64,000 nucleotides of DNA from Parasitella parasitica NRRL 2501 (taxonomy: Eukaryota; Fungi; Mucoromycota): NCBI GenBank assembly GCA_025201805.1, contig MU619374.1, forward strand, positions 23,035 to 87,034, given 5' to 3'. Positions 53,104-63,105 of the stretch are shown one piece after another. Under the pieces are notes generated by a model. It was not told where the DNA came from. It saw only the letters and a program-made list of their open reading frames with translations, and ran no database searches. The first letter of the stretch is position 1, and each line of letters opens with the position of its first letter. The translations under genes and the position numbers were made by a program.

Positions 53104-53539
53104 TTTTTTTTTTCTTTTTTGGTAGTGCAAAAAGAAGAAAGAGGTTTTACTTCTTTCTCGTTACATTTTCGAATTTATCTGCTTCTGCAATTGAATACCC
53201 GAAGACGATCTTCTCAATATCTTGGTTCTTGTGTGCATAATTCTGCTGCAATCTTGGCTGTATGCACACGATGAAACAAAAATTTCGCTCGAATGGTACT
53301 ATGAAAAGAAAAAATAACAGTAAACGTATGTTTAGAGTAATGAGAAATAGTGCTGCATTAACTTGGCTACATCAACAGTAAACGTTGGTAATCTTTTTTA
53401 ATATAGTATGTCGCTTGTAGCTATACTTTCACAGCATACATTGGAAATTTGCCCAGCAAAGTAAGAGATGACGATCTGTTTAACCGGATAACTGTTTCAT
53501 ATAAATTTAATATACACATTGAGTACGCTGACCTAAACC

Positions 53540-54690
53540 AGCACTTTCAAAGTCATGTATCACACACGCTGATCTTTGTACAGACGTACTATGTCAAGTA
53601 AAACCGCAATATTCGTATTCACAACCCTTTAGCAGATATTGAGCATGTGGATGGAGCTACTTTTATCAAAGTTCTTTTCCATACTCGTAAATTGGCATTT
53701 CAGGTCGAAAATGAAAACCATCAATTCAGCAAACAATTGGCTACTGTTCGATCTCAAGTCTTCTGTGGCGGCGCTCCTATGTCAAACGATGGAATCCTGA
53801 ATAACGGAAACAGATGTGCTCATATTATTGTAGGTACACCTGGCCGGGTTCCATCTGTAGCTCGAAGCAAATATCTAAAATCACCCTCTTCCAATCACTT
53901 TGTACTCGATGAATGCGACAAAACACTGGGGTAGATGAAAATGTGCCAAGGTGTACAAGTCATAATTCCAGCAACATCCATCTTCAAGCATGCCATGGTA
54001 TTCCAGCTACACTGACTTGGAGATAAGTTCCGTGTGCAAATCTCTTAAGCAAGCATTCACGGAAATCTACGATGATGATGAAATAAAATCCAAGACCTAA
54101 GAGTTCTTGGCTTCCTTTTTATGGAATAATAAAAACCCCACGTTCTCGTGCTTCACCTTAATCGGTAGTGATTTCACAAATAACTCTCACACTTTACAAG
54201 TTTACGATAATTCTACATGAAGAACAAAAAAACTTAAAGAATCAAGGGCGGGATTATCTCTTGGATCATCAGAATTCAATCAAGTCTGCATATTCATTCA
54301 TTCTATATCTCACGCCAAAGAATTGAATTGTTTATGAATGATTGCAACTTTTTAAACATTTGAATCCACTGCCAAATGACTCGAGATGAACGTATTGAGC
54401 GCTTTAAATTGTTGAAGTCTTTGAAAAAGCACATTTGAGTAGCTACGGATATCTTTAACGTGGCATCGATTTTGAGCGTGTCATGTAATTAATTACAACA
54501 TGCCTGATAATGCCGAGTCTTATCTGCATCGTGTGGGTTGTGCGGGTCGCTTTGTCTCCAGAGGCCAAAGTGTCATATTTTTAGCCAATGAAAAAGACGC
54601 TTGGTTGTTGAGTGATACTCGATGAGAACGCTTCAAAGATTCATAATTAAACTTTTGCTGGGCACAATTGGTTTCAACACATTGTAATCA
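53540..54690 (+). pseudogene. SUB2: Decayed SUB2/UAP56 DECD-box helicase copy, apparently intronless
   Basis: HTRKLAFQV, HIIVGTPGR, HFVLDECDK, VATDIF, NYNMPDNAESYLHRVGCAGRF occur in order, with many stops and frameshifts and a deleted Walker A. Confidence 0.85.
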
Positions 54691-55182
54691 ATTATGTAGG
54701 TTTGCGTCACCGGTATGAGCTGATAATCAAGCCTGGAAATAATAATACATCTCAGGTAAATAGACTGTATTTGAAGAGCATTGCATACGTGCCGTTATAT
54801 CGAATTTCCTCTTGAGTATCAATGTATTGCAGATACCAGCGTGCTGCATTTAGGATTAGATGCTCGTAGTGCTTGATACACCACACAATTATAAAGATGT
54901 CATCCGAAGTAAGCATTGATCCCAATGCGTGAAACGTCTCACAAGGTCGGCATCTAAAGCCATTTTCAGCCTGGTCTCATTGTAAACATTTGTATATTGT
55001 ATGTGACAACATAAATTTTATTACCCATTGTAATTTGTATATCATGTATACACATACGGTTGCTTGTTAGGAGATTTATGAAAATAATCGAGTAGACATT
55101 TTTGTAAGTGCAGTAGGAGAAAAAAAAAAGGTGATTTTTCTGTTGATGGTACAAGTTTATTTTCGTGCAACGTAAACCATGT

Positions 55183-55511
55183 TTACTTGGAATTGTGCTT
55201 CTTTTCCAAAGCCTCTAAGTCTTTCTTGAGAGCAGCAGTGTCCTTTTCTTGCTTGGCCAAGGCTTCACGGATAAGCTTGAGCTTATCGGCATCCTATGGA
55301 AATGTTTAGCATAATGGCGAACATTTTCCCCACACTTTTGATCTCCTGTACTTACGTGAGAACGGGCCCATTGGTTTTCTATGGCTTTTTCTTTTTGGCC
55401 AAAAGAGCCAGATGAAGCAGTAGCACCTTCGCTACCGGTTTGATAAGAAGTGAAGCGTTTAGTTAAACGAACAGACTTGGAGGAAACGCGCTGAACTGAT
55501 TTAAAGAGCAT
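55183..55511 (-). CDS. INH1: Mitochondrial ATP synthase inhibitor IF1/Inh1, two exons
   Basis: SEGATASSGSFGQKEKAIENQWARSH|DADKLKLIREAL; intron about 55295-55355. Confidence 0.85.
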
Positions 55512-57077
55512 TTTGGGGTGAGAAAAAAGTGAAAGAAGATGAGATACCCCCGCCTTTTATCTTGTTTCTAATTGATGAAAACTTGCAGTCTGGCGTCATC
55601 TTTTGATTCAATTTTTGAAACTGTACAGTTACACAACAGACGATATGCGTCGTCCATTTGAGTCATATTGGAAATGTTAATTTTGGATGTGCTGCTGAAA
55701 AGAGAGATTTTACATTACTAACTTTGTTTTGACCTCTTTGCTATAAAAGCCCAGATTTACTCTATACTTGGATCAATATGAAGATCATCGATCACAGCCT
55801 CTTTTCATCAGATCAGCTCCATTGGGACATGTTTGACGCATTGTAGATGTATGATAAAGAGATGTGAAAAATATTTAGACATAATTATAACGTTAACTAA
55901 AAATAAACATTTTATGAGTAACAATGTTTCCTTAACCGTTACCTTGCTCTTTTACGCTCCAAGCAATCCAATAGCAATTGATAAAGCAAATGTGGAGGCG
56001 CTAGAGCAGAAGTAAATGATTCGTCTGTTATTATGAGAAAAAAAAAATTATCTTATAAATACAAATTTGTAGGACATTGCCTTCATTGTGCAAAGATTGT
56101 AGGGAAGCTGGTGTAGAGAATACCTTGAGAAATACAGGGTGTCTAGGAGACAACCTTCCTTTACCAAGATAAAATAAGCTCTAAAGAAGCACTTGATTAT
56201 CCAAGGTCAAAGCTTGCACAAGCAAACTCGAAAATATTCCTCACAAAGCTGCCAATCAAATGTCATAACGCCATTGCGGTACATGTAGTCAAAAAAAGCA
56301 GAACACGTAACCCATGAATTTCTATACAAGCATATTTTGCATTAAAAGAAATGGAGGAAGTTTATCATTGTAGGAAACAAAGTGCTATGTTGAAGAGTAA
56401 AAGATATGAAAATAATCTAGACCTATTTTAACAACAAAATTATTGTCTTAAGACGATGTAAACAATTACATTTTTTGTATGTAGTGAAGTGATTTTTGCA
56501 GCCAATTGATTATGTAATAGAGACATCCAGTGGGAACAAGGTATGGCAAGCATATCACTATTGTTCATATTGCTATTAAAAAAAAAGTCGCCAGTAACAT
56601 TTGTATGACTCTAGGTAAACCAGTGCCTGCTGGTCAATTGTCGCAAGTACTGGGTTGTTTTAATCATTGTATGCATTGTCATCGAATACAAGCGGATAGT
56701 ACCGTAGTATACCTCGAATATATTATGACATATTGCTTACAGTATTTCTTTTATACATTAAAAAAAAACTACTACAGCAGCTGTTTCGCGAGGAATAATA
56801 TGACATTCTTATTTAGTGTTTATTGACAATGCATTAAGATTGCTCTAAATAAACAATATTTTGATCCAGTGTGATATTATAAATAAATGATATCTTGTTT
56901 TTGCCAGTGCATTTTATTTGATAATAAAGATTATGAGTTCCCCCATTATACGGTACTTCGTTTCCGTTGATATTTAACGACGAGCAGCGATCCACGTTAC
57001 AACGTGACTAAATAATAACCGAATTCCTTTTCCTGTTCATCTTTTACAACAAATATATATTATTTTTATTTAATAGC

Positions 57078-59188
57078 TTATCTTCGTTGGGTGGTAAGAT
57101 TACTGTTTGTAGCTGTATCAGTAATGGTAGGAAGTACGCCTCTTAATATACTTGTAGCTGTTTCTAATTGCCGGGTTTGATCTTCATTCAAGTTTATGTT
57201 GTTGTCAAATTTCAAAGTATTTATAACAGATGAGATGTTGGCTATACAGCCATCTATTCTGCTATTAGCAGTTTGGGGAGGCAAAGGATTGATAACAGCA
57301 GTATCTCGTGGTGTTCTTTGTACAGTAGATATAAGGATTGGTACTATTAGAACACATTAGCTCGCTAATCTTTGGGTTTTGACTATAGAATATTACATTC
57401 ATATACCATGAGATCTCTACGGCAACGTTTCAACAAATACATATGCTTGCAAGCTGTTTGGTCCCATTGAACGTCTTGACAAGCGCATGACCGCATTTCT
57501 TCATTTTGGACAATAATTTCATAGTGAGCATCTTCTGTTGTGAAAGATTGTATAGCAAACTTGAGAGTTTCGCTGTCGTTGAGCAACTCTACAACCATAA
57601 GCTCAAGAATCGCGACATTGATTGCTTCAGCCGCCATTTCTCTTTGTCGACGTCTTCTTTCATGAGGTCCCATCCTTCCTATATTTAAGCGAATTCTATT
57701 GGTATTCTGGATAAAATCCGGTTCAATATCATTGCAAGGATGTAAATTAAGCGGTCAATACGTCTGTTACGCTTTCTTCCAAGGTATAATGTTTTAGTTG
57801 GTTATGCCAACTTTCAACGAATTTATTGGTCTCCGTGTTTGTGAACATTTGCGGCTGATATGCAGCGCACCAGTGCTGATACTTTCCTTGCGCAAAGTAG
57901 TATGTGTCCATGTAAATCAAGCATTCTGTGTATTGATGGAACATTACGAGAAAATTTATCATTTTGAGGACAAATGCATCTGGACTCTTTTCCCACATCA
58001 TGCTCTTCAACTGTGCAATCATTGCCCTGTGAACTTGTTGACTCTGAGCCGTGCTACACAGCTTAACGGTGTCTCGTATCTTTGCCATCCAAGCTCTTGC
58101 GACGTGAAACAAGCACCATTGGACACTAACTCCAGGAAATACTTTGTTAATGGCACCATGCTCAGTAGCACTGACATCTATTGTAATCTTTTGTAAGTTT
58201 GGCGCGGTAATTTGTTCTTTTACAAAACGTAAAAAGGCTGCTATTGGTTGCATAGAGTGATCAGTTGTGTACATATATGCAACAGGACATCCTGTACCTG
58301 TATACGGATGCTTAATCACAATACTATACCAGATACCTTGGCTGATACTTGTAACGCAGTGGGTTGCATCTAAGCAAATTGATATTGATGTAGACAATAA
58401 TGCTTTTTGCCATGAAGATGCAAAGCCAAAGGTGTAATTATAGTTGAAATCAGTGCCCAGATAGGTAACATATCCTTTTTGCGAAGATAATTCTTGTAGC
58501 CAAAGTTTTATGGACGCTTTCTGGTCTCTTTCTTTCAAATAAAATTTTTCTTAGATTTTTTTTGTAAATGTTGTAAATCTCATCTGCATGAACCATTTGA
58601 TCTCGATGAATCAGGGAAGAAGTCAAATTATCAAGGCCAGCCAGCACTTGATTCTCTGTAATAAACTTATTACAATTCGTCTGGATGGCAATTCTTGTTT
58701 GCCTTTTGCTGATGCCCTCCTTTAATCGTTGCTCAATTAGTTCTCTTTCGATAATGGCAAATGTTGTAAATCATTCAACCCTCCAACATCGTGATTATGT
58801 TCTCCAGTATAAATGAAGGTTGCATAACCAGGATTGTTCTTGTAATAGATTACTTTGAGTTTAGCACTACAATTAATCTTTTCGCTTGGCTTTTGGAGAT
58901 CACGAACAACTCCTGACGCACCCCCTTTGGTGATTGATCCTTCGGCCATCTTATTACGCTTTTCTTCAGCTGATGGCATTCAAAGGCAGCATACCAGAAA
59001 TAGAGACCAACTACCTTTCTTTTTTTGCCAGGTCTTTCGTCGTTGGCAATTACAGTTTCTCTAGCCTTGACTTTTTTTTTTAATCCATTTCACGCCGTAT
59101 AGTGAAACATTATTTCCAATGTCATCTCCCATTCTGATTCAGGAACGGTAAGCTCAGAAGGAATTGGGCGGTATTGATATAAAGTCAT
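57078..59188 (-). mobile_element. Mutator-like (MULE) transposase, frameshifted
   Basis: C.AKLKV..GEHNH DNA-binding domain, CLDATH (D1), ITIDVS (D2), WCLFHV (CxxH), TNKFVESWHNQLK (E), SWIM finger CACQD..ACKH. Confidence 0.9.
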
Positions 59189-59526
59189 TTGTAAATTAAT
59201 AAAGTAAATAAAAAGTATCAAATCTTTGGTAAACAATGAGGCACCAGCTTTAATGTTTATTATTGAATTTCTTTTTCAAGTACGATAGATCTTTTTTTTT
59301 TCTTTCTTGGAAGTGATCTAATACAAGAGTTGAAAATGGCGGTTGATGGGGACGCAGAAATCCTATGGCAACGAACTTTGATCAAAGTTTAAGATGTCAC
59401 CAATTATTTATTCTAAATGCAGCTTATTTCAGGTCGTGCATAATAACAATCGTTAAAAGGAGACAAGTATGCGCTCCTAATTCCTTCCTCCAATTTATCA
59501 CTTTTATTCTTTTTTATTTGAACCAA

Positions 59527-59829
59527 ATGAAAAGCAGATTATATCTCGCCTCTATTATCACTGTATTACTTTGTTTGCTTGGTGTCTATGCTACAACGGA
59601 TCAGTGTGAAGCAAATAAGAAATTTAAAGCGGACGATGGTTGCAATACTTGCCTTTGTCCCGAGAATGGACTTAAAGCTAATGCTCCTTGTACACGACTG
59701 GCCTGTGCTGTTCAAAACGAGCAGACTTGTATACCTGGGGTGAGGTTCATAAAAGTCTGCAACACATGCCTTTGTCCTCGTAGCGGTTTAAAGGCAGAGG
59801 CACCGTGTTCTAAGATGGCCTGCCTTTAG
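59527..59829 (+). CDS. Secreted two-domain pacifastin-type (MEROPS I19-like) serine protease inhibitor
   Basis: Signal peptide MKSRLYLASIITVLLCLLGVYA and two C-x9/11-C-N-T-C-L-C-x3-G-x6-C-[TS]-x3-C domains. Confidence 0.85.
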   Translation: MKSRLYLASIITVLLCLLGVYATTDQCEANKKFKADDGCNTCLCPENGLKANAPCTRLACAVQNEQTCIPGVRFIKVCNTCLCPRSGLKAEAPCSKMACL

Positions 59830-60488
59830 TTTTTTTTACAACAAAGGTTATGCTATAGTTTTTATATACAGTGCCGCCGGCCATTTTGAAAAGTGGTTTC
59901 TGAAAACTAAATTGAAAAATAAATAACTTTTAGCCAAAGAATAGTTGGCTGCATGTTTTCAAATGATTATCGTTTCAAAACTTTACTTTATCTGTTAAGA
60001 AATAAGGCTATTATAGCTTTTCTAAATGTAAGCAATTGTCAGCTCGTACCTTCTCTGTAACGTTGTATTTGACCAATGGTTAGCCGTACCTGTCTATCTA
60101 TTGAGGCTATGCTTATCAGCCTAATTTTATTCATGTATTTTCTGTATCGCAATCCTTCCTGGAAAACAAAGCTTTGAAAAGCGATGTTGAAAACAAAGAG
60201 GTTCTAAATGCTACTATTTTGGACACTTTTGCAAGAGCAAAAGTCAAAGCCATACTACATTCATTCCCCAACAACTACAAGTTCGAAAAGTATTCCACCT
60301 TTCACGACATAAAACCCAATCCTGAATGCCACTACAAGGCCTTTATGAAAATATTTGAAATCTTTGATTCAGAGGAGTTGCGGCAGTTTTCTTGTTATTC
60401 CATACGAACCACGTTCATCCCTTGTTATACGACTCCCGACTTCATGATTATTTATTAAAATATCGCTTATCTTAAAAAACAAGGCAGC

Positions 60489-61437
60489 ACATCCGACTTG
60501 ACATCTCCAAGATGATCGACGAAGATCAAGTTCACTCTATGTTGTAATTTTCTTTTTCCTTTAGTATTATCTCTTTCCTTCTCCTACTTGTCTTTCTATT
60601 TTTTATTACTACTATCAATATAAATTGCGCCCGCCTCTTGGTTACAGTCTCGCTACTTTAATCTACACGGAGCAAACAATAAAAACCTTTAAAAAAAAAA
60701 AAAGAGTATTGACTCCATTGAAGGGCGAGCCCAGTACCTGTTTTCTGTACAAAGATAGGGCAAAATTTTTGAATTGTGTGCGCTTGGCAAAGGTGGGGTT
60801 TGGGTCGAAACAGGGGAAAGTTACTCCAAACAAAAGGCAACCAAGACCAGCAAGACCAATTGCAAGTGCTGAGACTTGGTGGCGGCGCGTTGTCTTGAAA
60901 GCAATGCGGCATTCGGAATTTAAGCAAAGAAATGAACCAGCTGTTCGCTGTATTTTGCCATTGAGAGCAGCCACAAGTTTAGAGAGCTTGTAGAAGCAGA
61001 AAATACACGTTTGCGACGTAATTATGTTTATTTGTTACCAGTGTTGGTGTATAGCGGTCATGTCGCTGCTGTTTCCAGAACCCACCAAATCGTCTGTGCC
61101 CCCTATATGCGAGAGCCGAATCCGTGTCTACGATCACCGACAAACATAATCCGCTTCTCTGCACCAGAACTCTTTCTCTTTCTCTCGTAAGCTGCTAGTC
61201 TGTCAGAATCTTTTTTGTAAGAGAGTTCCAGCCGTCTTCTTCTTTTTGCCATAGATTGACTGTAATAGAATGAGCGCAACAATGCGCGCGCATTAGTGTG
61301 ATGCTAATAGGCTTGCTCCAAACCATCACCTGTTGAGCCGTGATAAAGGCTATTTTTTTTTCCAAGATCCTTTTCCATCTCCAAAACTATGTACCCGTCC
61401 TCTGTGGTCTTTTTTTTTTTTTTTTTTNNNNNNNNNN

Positions 61438-61503
<66 letters not shown>
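60489..61503 (+). mobile_element. 5'-truncated L1-like non-LTR retroelement insertion (Grem-LINE1-like architecture)
   Basis: 15-bp target-site duplication AAAAAACAAGGCAGC at 60474-60488 and 61504-61518, TT|AAAA site, poly-A at 61438-61509, short sense ORF tail IRLDISKMIDEDQVHSML* at the 5' end; contains an N gap at 61428-61437. Confidence 0.72.
60689..61420 (-). pseudogene. C-terminal half of a second TnpB/Fanzor-like ORF, antisense within the retroelement
   Basis: Across frameshifts: LRSFYYS..MAKRRRRLEL..DRLAAYERK..IMFVGDR.HGFGSRI.GHRRFGGFWK..TLVTN(K)HN TSQTCIFC..GSFLCLNSEC..R(H)QVSALAIGLAG, i.e. RuvC-II, zinc ribbon and RuvC-III in order. Confidence 0.72.
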
Positions 61504-61510
<7 letters not shown>

Positions 61511-63105
61511 AAGGCAGCGCAACAAGTGTCAATGTTGGGGCTCTGGAATCAATATAAATAATAAGGCTTTCAAGAATCAAGGAATAAATAAGTCGCTGCA
61601 TTTTCAGGATACTATGGTGACCGATGGTGTGGACGTGTCTTTAATCAAGAAAATTACTCTTACAGATAGAAAAGCCAAAAGTGCTACAATCCAAGACAAA
61701 GCGTGAGGATTCTGAAGATGTTGTAAGATACATGGAAATTCTGACTCAGAAAGAGCTTAATGAAACTAAGAGTAAGTGCGTCTTGATGGATCCCGGAAGA
61801 CGAGACCTACTTTACTGTAGAAAAGAGACAAGCACTGCGCAGAATAAGCCGGTCATGACTTAAAGATGACAAAAACAAAGCTTTTTAAGGCATTACAGAA
61901 TTCTATGGAAGAAGATCAAGCCTGCCTCGGTCCAGTCATCAGGAGCATAGCTCGCAAAGATTAGGTCATCTTCTGTCAATATTGAAGAGTACGAGATGTA
62001 TATCATGATGAGAGTTTTGGTTGAAAAGGTGCTCTGCTAATATTATGGAAACGAAACATTGCAAACAAAGCAAGCTTATTTTTCAAATTACTGCTTTGAA
62101 AAACAAGGTAGATTTGTACTTTGAGGATTTGGATGATGTTAAAAAAATAAAGTTACTTGAGATTGTAGCAAAAATGAACAAGGAAAATTGCGATCAAAGC
62201 AGTTTAAAGCAGCAGGCAAGTTAAACATTACAAAAGCTACAAGCTTTGCTGTTTCGCAAAATGAAGTTCTCTTCCAAAATGTATCATGATCAAGATGATC
62301 TCGGGTTGGTGAAATAACTCAATCATAAATTTGGCTCTGATTCTGTCCCTTTTCAAGGCAAGTAGTCTGCTCCCATCACAAAATAACAAGGGCCAACATG
62401 AAACAAAGGCTTGATCTAAATGCTATTAAAAAAACTGACTCAAAGATTTCTTAATTGACGAATTTAGAACGTCGTCTTTTTTGTCCTCTATGTGAGAGTA
62501 AGTAGGAGAAATTTAAGATAGTGCAAAATCCAAGATCATACAAGGGAAATACTGGGCCTACTGTTCTCTGTCATGGATTACAACGGTAAAAATGATGATA
62601 GCACAAGACATTAGCAACGAGATTCCTAACTGAGCTATTAGATGCACAAACTCTGACTGCTTAGGACAATAAAAGCCAAGATTGTGGAATCGAGATCTTG
62701 CTGCCATACTGAATTCCAAGAACATTCTAACCAGCTTAAGAGAAATAGGATCTAAATTGTTTACTCGCACAAAAACAGAAGAATCTTTCACCAAGTTTAT
62801 TGCGGGATTGTAGTCAATTTTTGGTCAAGATCGCTTGGTCATCTCATACAGGTATTATCATTTTGAAAAGACAATAATCAATCAAGTAACCATCTTATGA
62901 TGCAGCAGGTTTGCGACATTTTGATATTTGTTTCCAAAACGGCTTATACTTGCTAGTTGCACAGTAACTTGAATAAATTCATCTTGAAGGGTTTGTAGCA
63001 ACACGTATCAAATAACACACAATGTTTAAAGACTTTTGCCACGGCAATATACTATCAACTGTTTATTAAGATTGTCGCCAATAAGTTATCCACACAGAAT
63101 CTTAT

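Larger units (their letters stand above)
60174..62813 (+). pseudogene. Fanzor1-type RNA-guided RuvC endonuclease pseudogene, split by an insertion at 60489-61503
   Basis: F..TMVTDGVDVS, RuvC-I LMDPGRRDLLYC (D at 61789), FRKMKFSSK, RuvC-II LIDEFRTSS (E at 62460) plus CPLC, HGLQR|CTNSDC, RuvC-III LWNRDLAAILN (D at 62694); many stops and frameshifts. Confidence 0.88.
59867..62870 (+). mobile_element. Decayed non-autonomous Tc1/mariner-type element carrying a Fanzor (TnpB-like) gene
   Basis: TA followed by CAGTGCCGCCGGCCATTTTGAAAAG at the left end; Fanzor fragments about 60150-62813; no transposase and no inverted right TIR visible. Confidence 0.7.

Noticed and set aside
56050-56500. RHCGTC..-like zinc-knuckle fragment suggesting another transposase relic
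   Set aside because: Too short and degraded to support
59365-59526. N-terminal 54-aa extension of the 154-aa pacifastin ORF
   Set aside because: The signal peptide starts at ATG 59527; the upstream part looks like promoter/UTR
60495-60533. Hairpin ACTTGA-CATCT..AGATG..TCAAGT as a Helitron 3' end
   Set aside because: The 15-bp TSD and poly-A contradict Helitron insertion, and the sequence reads as an ORF tail
61304-61601. Poly-K and poly-F ORFs in the track
   Set aside because: Artefacts of homopolymer runs around an N gap
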